IMG/VR virus record: IMGVR_UViG_3300037515_000067
Location: 1-41,895 of that record
DNA length: 41,895 bases
Source of the DNA: a virus
Lineage: Duplodnaviria > Caudoviricetes
Strand: one strand, 5' to 3'
Below the pieces are notes generated by a model that was not told the origin of the DNA, did no database searches, and saw only the letters and a program-made list of their open reading frames with translations. The translations under genes and the position numbers were made by a program. This document shows positions 36,001 through 41,895 of the stretch, piece by piece; positions within the stretch are counted from its first letter, which is position 1; each line of letters starts with the position of its first letter.

Positions 36001-36026
36001 AAGGCCCCTGGTTAAAGGGGCCTTTT
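36001..36026. terminator. Terminator between convergent operons
   Basis: AAGGCCCCT-GGTTAA-AGGGGCCTT then T-rich run. Confidence 0.8.
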
Positions 36027-36031
36027 CTATA

Positions 36032-36211
36032 TTAATTTGATTCTACCTCTGATCCGTCTGGAAGCAATATGTAACAGTAGCTATTGACGTGTCAGCATGG
36101 CGCGGCGAATATGACTAAAGTCTGTCCGTCACTAAACGTAAAGTTAAATTCTCCATCATTGCTTGAAATACCTGATATCGTTTTCCCTATGTACTCGTTT
36201 AATTTTTCCAT
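36032..36211 (-). pseudogene. 59-codon ORF with in-frame TGA at codon 40 (pseudogene or read-through)
   Basis: GGAG RBS; MEKLNEYIGK...LVIFAAPC*HVNSYCYILLPDGSEVESN ends next to the terminator. Confidence 0.45.
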
Positions 36212-36220
36212 ATCGTCTCC

Positions 36221-36601
36221 CTATCCGAAGTACGGCCCATCTTTTTCAGCTTGCTCACGTCTCAAGATAACAGCCGCCGCCAAGTAGTTAATTGCGCCTA
36301 GCATATCCTGAATCGCCCGTCCATCATCTTCGCAGTTCAGCGCCTCAAGGGCCTTCTTCCTGGCTTGAAATATCAACCCACCTGCGCCGCATTCCCTTCC
36401 GCCGGTCATTATCGGCTGTTGGAGAAATGGCAGGCCGTTTGAATGCCGGATAGCACCTTTCCCGTGCTGCGCCTGGTCTAGCGCCTGGTACAATACTTCG
36501 GCTAGCGGTTCATAGCCTTGAGAAACACTTATGGTGTAATCGTCTTCGCTTGTGTCTTTCCATCCGCCAGGTATGTGCGTTCTTACTCCCATAAAACTCA
36601 T
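36221..36601 (-). CDS. Hypothetical protein
   Basis: QAQHGKGAIRH...LGAINYLAA; GGAG RBS. Confidence 0.7.
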   Translation of the reverse strand: MSFMGVRTHIPGGWKDTSEDDYTISVSQGYEPLAEVLYQALDQAQHGKGAIRHSNGLPFLQQPIMTGGRECGAGGLIFQARKKALEALNCEDDGRAIQDMLGAINYLAAAVILRREQAEKDGPYFG

Positions 36602-36783
36602 TGCACTTTCTCCTTTCGTTTATCCCACCAATTCCCCATATACCACATTTCGTCCTGTGTTGTTCCAAATGATCCAGGTATGGTTATCCCGTTGTGCCGC
36701 ATATATACCACCTGGTCAACATAATCACCCTTGCACTCTTCGCAGTGGCACGGAACTTTTAGCGGTGCGTTTTTGTTTGCCAT
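36598..36783 (-). CDS. Hypothetical protein
   Basis: GGAGG RBS, coupled to neighbours. Confidence 0.6.
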   Translation of the reverse strand: MANKNAPLKVPCHCEECKGDYVDQVVYMRHNGITIPGSFGTTQDEMWYMGNWWDKRKEKVQ

Positions 36784-36939
36784 TTATTCCTCCACGAAGA
36801 TAAAATTGCCGCCCTGGGAGCACTCTATTTTGATTTTGTGCGGTGCATAGCATACAGGACGAATGTTGTTGTAGAAATAGCAACCGTCGCACAATTCAAA
36901 TTCAGCTACCTCAACCTTCCTTAGCTTCGGCTCTTCCAT
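36784..36939 (-). CDS. Small Cys-rich protein (51 aa, not in ORF track)
   Basis: GGAGGAATAAATG coupling at both ends; LCDGCYF. Confidence 0.6.
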   Translation of the reverse strand: MEEPKLRKVEVAEFELCDGCYFYNNIRPVCYAPHKIKIECSQGGNFIFVEE

Positions 36940-37302
36940 TTATTCCTCCCATTCCGGATCAATCGCCGCCACCGCGTCCCGAAGCTCCCTCAGTGTGCAA
37001 TCGTCGCCATCGGTTAAATGCAAATTCTCCACCAGAGTGTTGCGAGCCGCATACAACAATTTCCCAAGTTTTGGTGATATATCTTTAGCCCGTTGCGCCA
37101 ATTGCACAGCGTCTCTGATCGTCGCGGGTATCTCGCCGTCACTTGTGAAACAATCCTGGTAGTCGGCATCTTTTAGGATTTTCCGGATAGTAGAATAAAC
37201 ACTTGACTGCCCGGCATCGAACGATATTTTACAGTATCCGAGCGCAGAAAGCGGCGTACCTTTTGACTGCATTTCCGCTGAAACTTCATCCCAGTTTTTC
37301 AT
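36940..37302 (-). CDS. Hypothetical protein
   Basis: ORF track, ATGA overlap. Confidence 0.65.
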   Translation of the reverse strand: MKNWDEVSAEMQSKGTPLSALGYCKISFDAGQSSVYSTIRKILKDADYQDCFTSDGEIPATIRDAVQLAQRAKDISPKLGKLLYAARNTLVENLHLTDGDDCTLRELRDAVAAIDPEWEE

Positions 37303-37496
37303 TCATCTTCCTCCTTTATGATGCCTATCTGCACGATACTACCACCCGGCCCGACATACGCTGCCGCCTGTTCTTTGGTAGCGAAAACCAGCATACATCC
37401 GGTGCAACCATCGGCCATGCCTGAAATTTGCAGGGTTCTTTTTATCCCCATGGTTTCGATTTCAGCTTCTTTTTTCAATGACATCGCAGCCCACAT
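37299..37496 (-). CDS. Hypothetical protein
   Basis: GGAGG RBS directly beside the array-head element. Confidence 0.6.
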   Translation of the reverse strand: MWAAMSLKKEAEIETMGIKRTLQISGMADGCTGCMLVFATKEQAAAYVGPGGSIVQIGIIKEEDE

Positions 37497-37511
37497 TTCA
37501 TCCTCCGCTTA

Positions 37512-37557
37512 AATATGGGTTTATACAGGGGGGGGGGCTGTATAAGCCTTGTTATCG
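37512..37557 (+). repeat. Array-head element copy 2 (attI-like candidate, G10 tract)
   Basis: AATATGGGTTTATACAG..CTGTATAAGCCTTG|TTATCG; TTATACAG/CTGTATAA inverted repeat. Confidence 0.7.
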
Positions 37558-37890
37558 CTCAAACCAAAATATCACCGGTTTCCCGGTTGCCTCGACCAGC
37601 CCGTAACGCTCTGCCATGCGGTAATTTGCGCTCCGCAGTCTCAGCCGCTCTACCTGCGCCGTCATTTCGGCCCGGAACTGTTCCAGCGGATGCACCGATT
37701 TCCAGAGATTGCAAGCACGGCAGGCTGGCATCATGTTATCAATCGTGTCCGCGCCCCGGTATTTAGGGTTTACGGTAGGGTTGCCGCGCCATATTGGTTT
37801 CAGGTGGTCAACGTGCATCTGTTTCAGGGTGATTTCCTGACCACAATATGCACATCTGCCCCCGTATTTTGCATGCACCGTTTTTCTCAT
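37552..37890 (-). CDS. HNH endonuclease carried as a cassette
   Basis: KYGGRCAYCG, MHVDH, NMMPACRACNLWK; TAA stop is TTA of R' at 37551. Confidence 0.85.
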   Translation of the reverse strand: MRKTVHAKYGGRCAYCGQEITLKQMHVDHLKPIWRGNPTVNPKYRGADTIDNMMPACRACNLWKSVHPLEQFRAEMTAQVERLRLRSANYRMAERYGLVEATGKPVIFWFER

Positions 37891-37906
37891 TCTGCAACCT
37901 CGATTG

Positions 37907-37964
37907 CGATAACCAGTCAATCAACCGGATTCGCTACGCTCTCCGGTTATTTCGGTCGTTATAC
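37907..37964 (+). mobile_element. attC-like site (58 nt)
   Basis: R'' CGATAAC, L'' AATCAACC, L' GGTTATT, R' GTTATAC; GCGATAAC complements GTTATCGC at 37551. Confidence 0.85.
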
Positions 37965-38141
37965 GTGCTCGTACCCATCACGCATTCTGGAGGCTATGGA
38001 TTCCAGCTTCTCTGCCATGTACCACATATCATTGTTGTCTTGTCGAGAGACCACGCGGCAGCGGGTGGCATTGCGTCCCCTCAGAATTTTTACCGCCAGC
38101 ATCACCATGGTCGCTTCCAAATGTTTACGAATCCGGAGCAT
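37959..38141 (-). CDS. Hypothetical protein
   Basis: AGGAGG RBS within intergenic repeat; stop overlaps R' at 37958. Confidence 0.6.
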   Translation of the reverse strand: MLRIRKHLEATMVMLAVKILRGRNATRCRVVSRQDNNDMWYMAEKLESIASRMRDGYEHV

Positions 38142-38174
38142 AATTTTGCCGCCTCCTGTTAATTTGCCCCACAA

Positions 38175-38387
38175 TCAACTTAATGGCCGTAATCGCAAAC
38201 CATCTACAATCTCGCATGGCGTTAGAGATCCTATCCCATAGTGTCCACACACATCGCAGAACCACGACTCAACCCCACTATCCGCTGGCACCTTAGGTAT
38301 CCAACCTGCACTCCTGGAGCACCTATCGCAACAATGAATATTGACAACGCCATTCTTATGCTTTGAGAAGTCAACCATCTTAGCCAT
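38175..38387 (-). CDS. Hypothetical Cys-rich protein
   Basis: CCDRC, CDVC; start chosen just after repeat copy. Confidence 0.55.
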   Translation of the reverse strand: MAKMVDFSKHKNGVVNIHCCDRCSRSAGWIPKVPADSGVESWFCDVCGHYGIGSLTPCEIVDGLRLRPLS

Positions 38388-38439
38388 ACCTTCCATTAAT
38401 TTGCCACACAATCCATTACCAATCACCCCTCGTGGCACG

Positions 38440-38661
38440 CTAAAACAACTCATCATACTCGCGGCACGTCCCTTTTTTCTTCACCGCGAATCCTCCTAAA
38501 CAGCAACGCATGTTTTTCTCCTCGCGATATACTCCCACTTTATTACACTCCGGGACCGGTTCGGTAAACTCGGACCTGAAGTTTGCGCAATTTCCGCAGG
38601 TGCGCGGTATCGGTTTCTGGTCGTACCCTTGCCTGATTTTAGCCTCTCCTTGTTTGCTCAT
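38440..38661 (-). CDS. Hypothetical Cys-rich protein
   Basis: AGGAGG RBS; TCGNCANF...RC.LGGFAV. Confidence 0.65.
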   Translation of the reverse strand: MSKQGEAKIRQGYDQKPIPRTCGNCANFRSEFTEPVPECNKVGVYREEKNMRCCLGGFAVKKKGTCREYDELF

Positions 38662-38691
38662 CTTTCCGCCTCCTGTTAATTTGCCCAAAGT

Positions 38692-38925
38692 TCAGCAAAC
38701 GTACCAACATTTAAGATATTTACCTTTCCCGATTGGTATGTAAATTTCCCCGTAATAGTCGTCTTCACAAACCCCGGAACGTTGCTCAACATAGATATGG
38801 TCGATCAACCCCGTAAGGTCTTCTCTCCCCCCTTTTGGACGATCCACAATATCGACAAGACCACATGACCCGCCATCCTCTTTCATAATTTCTATCACTG
38901 CCTTCAAAAACTCTTCCATCTCCAC
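38692..38925 (-). CDS. Hypothetical protein
   Basis: Follows repeat copy; DDYYGEIYIP. Confidence 0.65.
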   Translation of the reverse strand: MEMEEFLKAVIEIMKEDGGSCGLVDIVDRPKGGREDLTGLIDHIYVEQRSGVCEDDYYGEIYIPIGKGKYLKCWYVC

Positions 38926-38957
38926 CCCCGTTGTTAATTTGCCCCACTGTTATACGT

Positions 38958-39161
38958 CTACCACTCAACGCCGGTAAGTTCGATATCTTCCCCGCATTCA
39001 GGACAGGTCAATTCACAACCGATCAATTTGTCCCATCCGTTGTTGAAAATAGGATTCATAATATTGCCGCCATCATCCTGGTCAAAAGCGTCGAACATGT
39101 TTTCACATTTCGGACATTCGACATCGAGAGATGCCCTTAGCGTCGATATAACTCTTTCCAT
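38958..39161 (-). CDS. Hypothetical zinc-ribbon protein
   Basis: AGGAG RBS; VECPKC, LTCPECG. Confidence 0.65.
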   Translation of the reverse strand: MERVISTLRASLDVECPKCENMFDAFDQDDGGNIMNPIFNNGWDKLIGCELTCPECGEDIELTGVEW

Positions 39162-39268
39162 TTCATCTCCTGCTGAATTTGCCCCATAATCAATTCCTAA
39201 CCATCCGCCATGCCGTATCCCTTCGCGCTGTTCCGTTCGTGTCTCCTGACCGGCAAGGCGTTCCATTT

Positions 39269-39514
39269 TTACGGATTCACGAACATCGTGACGGCCCGCT
39301 TTAGGACCAGTGCCCTAGCTTTACCGATAAAAGACAATTCTACGTCTGACGAAAACCACCGCTTGCCACGCAATATCCTTACCCAGTAAAATATATCCTT
39401 TTCGCTGGATATCGCCGATGGCCCTAAATCGTAAAACATCCCCCGTCCTTTGGTTTTGTCGTGGAATTCAATCGAATCGCCAATCAATTTAACCTCTATC
39501 ATCGTGTCCCCCAT
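39269..39514 (-). CDS. Hypothetical protein
   Basis: ORF directly downstream of DnaB. Confidence 0.55.
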   Translation of the reverse strand: MGDTMIEVKLIGDSIEFHDKTKGRGMFYDLGPSAISSEKDIFYWVRILRGKRWFSSDVELSFIGKARALVLKRAVTMFVNP

Positions 39515-40772
39515 TGTCTACATTTGCAAACCTCGCTTGCTCTCCAAGCCAAACAACCGGCACTGAAATATTACGCTCACCTTGTCTTTGTTTGCCGATT
39601 ATTATCTCTGCTTTAGACTGGTGAACTGCAACATTATGCTCCTGGTCGTTTATATTTTCCTGGCACTTGTCGCAATACGCCGCTTCACGCCACGGGAGAA
39701 GTATAACATCTGCATGGTTCTCAATTGTTCCGGAACCTCGAAGGTCATGGATAGTCGGCTTTCGTTTCTCCCTTTGGTTTCCCCTGTTTAGCTGCGATAG
39801 TAGCACGACACATAAATCTAAATCCTTAGCGATTCCCTTCAATGCACAACATATCACGTCGAGTTCTCTGTTCTCGTTGTCCTTATCATAATTCATAATT
39901 TGCAGATAATCAATAAATATATATTTAACTCCCATCTTTGCATATCTGCGTATTTTGTTTAATGCTTGCGATAAAGACAACCCTGACGGATCGTCAATAA
40001 ACATTTCTGACTTCTGCATTTTATTGAATGCGTTAGACATTCTTGACCAGTCGGCAGTCTCAAACCTTGCGGCTCTGATTTTTCCTAATGGGACTTTTGA
40101 ATGATAGGATACAGTTCTTGATAATACCTGATGCGTTTTCATTTCGAATGAAAACATAAGAACTCCACCATTTCCGGCGAAAGATACCGCGTCAGCCATC
40201 CCCAACGCCATAGCGGTTTTCCCCATACTCGCAGGTGCGGCGATTATAACTAGGTCTCCAGTGTGTAGACCTTCGGTTTTAATGTCTAGAAGGTCAATCC
40301 CTGTGGAAACTCCAAGCATCTTGCCGCCTTGAAGATGTTTCCGTTCAAGCTCATTGGCGAAGTCTTGGAGCGCTTGCTTTATCCCGACCGGCTCAGTGGT
40401 ATCAACCCCGGCAAGGGACGCCTGGAATCGGTCAATTAGGCTGTTAGCTTCATCCAGTCCGCTAACCTTGTTTAACTGCGCCGATAGGAATTTGATCTTC
40501 CTGGCCGTCGATTCTGTTTCGAGCCGTTCGATATGCCCGGAAAGGAACCCTGGTGAAAACTCCGAAGCTGCCCATTCCATCACCGTGTCAACCGGGATGG
40601 TGCATGCCTCGGATAGAGCGATTATGTCCGCACCTGGATTGTCTGTCAGATACCGGAAGGCTCGTTTGAAATCGCCGGTCAGCCATCCTTCATCAATCGC
40701 ATGGGAGTGAGATCCGACACTGTCAGGGAAAAGTAAAAGTGTCCCGATTACAGCCTTTTGTGTTTCACTCAT
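39489..40772 (-). CDS. dnaB: Replicative DNA helicase, DnaB family
   Basis: AAPASMGKT, FSFEM, IDYLQ, LSQLNR, DLRGSGTIENHAD, KQRQG. Confidence 0.95.
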   Translation of the reverse strand: MSETQKAVIGTLLLFPDSVGSHSHAIDEGWLTGDFKRAFRYLTDNPGADIIALSEACTIPVDTVMEWAASEFSPGFLSGHIERLETESTARKIKFLSAQLNKVSGLDEANSLIDRFQASLAGVDTTEPVGIKQALQDFANELERKHLQGGKMLGVSTGIDLLDIKTEGLHTGDLVIIAAPASMGKTAMALGMADAVSFAGNGGVLMFSFEMKTHQVLSRTVSYHSKVPLGKIRAARFETADWSRMSNAFNKMQKSEMFIDDPSGLSLSQALNKIRRYAKMGVKYIFIDYLQIMNYDKDNENRELDVICCALKGIAKDLDLCVVLLSQLNRGNQREKRKPTIHDLRGSGTIENHADVILLPWREAAYCDKCQENINDQEHNVAVHQSKAEIIIGKQRQGERNISVPVVWLGEQARFANVDNGGHDDRG

Positions 40773-41529
40773 ACAACCCCCTGGCCTTGTCTAGCGAACG
40801 TTGCCAAACTTCGTCAGGGATGGCGCTGGTTGTTGATGAAGTCGATGATGCTATGGTTTGGGTTTTTTGGGAAGATGTTTGTTTTTTGTTTGTTATCTCC
40901 CATGTCCTTATGGTTGCTTTCCAGTCCTTCATCGGGGTTTTATTCCGGCCTACGAGCCATCCACGCGATTTGTTTGAATCAATAAAATATTCCGGATCGA
41001 TTCCATTGTTACGCTCTTTGCAGTAAGCGGCCACTTCTTCAATGGTCGGATGTTTAAATCTCTTGGATGGTTTTCCCTTGTCGGCATCGGAAGATGCACA
41101 AAGGTTTTTATCTGTATCTGTATCTGTATCTGTATCTGTATTCTGTATTCTTACGCCGTTACTGTAACGTTTCTGTAACGTTTCATCTCCGTTACATGGT
41201 TGTTTTTTGTTTTTATCTCTCCAGTTTTTGACCCTTTCAGAACTGCTGTCGCCCTTGAATTGGCGCTTGTCCCATTGCAATGGCTCCATAGTTTCCCTAT
41301 CGGTCAGACCTACGTCTGACAACCTCCTTGCAACCTCGTCCATCTCCCTAACGCTAAGACCAAGTTTGACGGCTAATTTCCTTTTACCCAGTTCTGTTCC
41401 ATCGTCAAAAAGCCCCATATTTTTACAACACAGAATGGCGATAAAGTGCCATCTATCTTCAAAAGCTAAAAGCCTTAACTTTTCATCGTCTACCGCTTCG
41501 CTGTAAAGTCTGAACCACGGATTAGCCAT
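40765..41529 (-). CDS. Phage replication initiator
   Basis: MANPWFRLY N-domain, DTDTDT linker, PTIEEVAAYC...GW..G..PMKDWKA C-domain; upstream of dnaB. Confidence 0.85.
   Translation of the reverse strand: MANPWFRLYSEAVDDEKLRLLAFEDRWHFIAILCCKNMGLFDDGTELGKRKLAVKLGLSVREMDEVARRLSDVGLTDRETMEPLQWDKRQFKGDSSSERVKNWRDKNKKQPCNGDETLQKRYSNGVRIQNTDTDTDTDTDKNLCASSDADKGKPSKRFKHPTIEEVAAYCKERNNGIDPEYFIDSNKSRGWLVGRNKTPMKDWKATIRTWEITNKKQTSSQKTQTIASSTSSTTSAIPDEVWQRSLDKARGLYE
41111..41195. repeat. Repeats inside initiator gene, candidate origin
   Basis: TCTGTA x5 (41111-41140), CTGTAACGTTT x2 (41162-41183), CCGTTAC x2. Confidence 0.5.
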
Positions 41530-41564
41530 TTATTTCCCATCCTTTCCATTCCTAAAATTTAAAC

Positions 41565-41638
41565 AAAAAAACCCGGCCCATTGGTTTTCACTCTGCGGTT
41601 GTCGAGACCAGCGGAATAAAGTCATCCAATAAGCCGGG
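41565..41638 (-). terminator. Terminator-like hairpin in the initiator leader
   Basis: CCCGGC..ATTGG/CCAAT..GCCGGG stem followed by T7 on - strand. Confidence 0.65.
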
Positions 41639-41714
41639 ATATATTCAACGCTTTGTTTGCGTCAGATTCCCTTATTTCTAAAACACTTCATTCCATGCTA
41701 GTCTCGACGCGCAC

Positions 41715-41742
41715 AGAATACCAAACTACATGGAAATGTCAA
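41715..41742 (-). promoter_or_regulatory. Sigma70-type promoter for replication operon
   Basis: TTGACA-16 nt-TATTCT with TG extension. Confidence 0.7.
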
Positions 41743-41743
41743 G

Positions 41744-41895
41744 CTAACGCGCAACAATCGAAACCCGAGAAGTTGTGAAATCCCCGCTAGGAAACCGGAC
41801 CTTCGTGACATATCGCGCCGTGTATTCCTGCGTAACTCCGAAAGCATTCCTACCGGAAAACTGGTGATCGTAAACATACGTTGTGCCGTTAATCC
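41744..41895 (-). CDS. C-terminal fragment of a hypothetical protein (enters from window end)
   Basis: Open frame INGTTYVYDHQFSGRNAFGV...SIVAR*. Confidence 0.5.
   Translation of the reverse strand, partial: INGTTYVYDHQFSGRNAFGVTQEYTARYVTKVRFPSGDFTTSRVSIVAR

Larger units (their letters stand above)
38149..39193 (-). repeat. Five copies of start-associated repeat GGGCAAATTAACAGGAGG-like
   Basis: Copies at 38149-38175, 38396-38413, 38666-38686, 38932-38947, 39167-39193; two share 21 identical bp. Confidence 0.8.

Noticed and set aside
37549-38241. 230-aa + strand ORF crossing the attC-like site
   Set aside because: Antisense to motif-bearing - strand genes and spans a cassette boundary; likely shadow frame
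38149-39193. Possible CRISPR array
   Set aside because: Spacers are ~230-270 bp protein-coding genes, repeats are degenerate, no cas genes
39195-39262. Possible further attC (TCCTAAC ... GCCATGCCG/CGGCAAGGC GTT)
   Set aside because: No proper L boxes or right spacer, and R'' does not match any upstream R'
1-41895. Genome-wide stop-codon reassignment
   Set aside because: Long genes are intact under code 11, all three stops are used, no suppressor tRNA; only one internal TGA noticed

Overview
The window looks like an essentially complete ~42 kb tailed dsDNA phage genome with a contractile tail; almost all genes are on the - strand. Modules in transcription order are: replication (initiator, DnaB), small accessory ORFs, a short + strand operon, HNH plus two tRNAs, terminase/portal/head/neck/tail/baseplate/fibre, lysis, recombination (Gp157, ERF, NinB, RuvC-like resolvase, SSB) and a helicase-methyltransferase pair. 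I see no integrase or other tyrosine recombinase. The most striking signal is two integron-type gene-cassette arrays in the accessory regions (5716-7192, four cassettes; 37512-37964, one cassette). They contain recognisable attC-like sites. In four of five cassettes the R'' box is an 8-10 nt perfect complement of the R' box at the cassette's other end. All cassette ORFs run antisense to the usual integron orientation, and both arrays start with the same non-attC poly-G element (attI-like candidate). Other signals are a separate intergenic repeat family (38149-39193), a duplicated 46-nt element upstream of each tRNA, structured RNA leaders, a -1 frameshift site and a possible UGA read-through ORF. 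All protein calls come from motif recognition and gene order; no database search was run.
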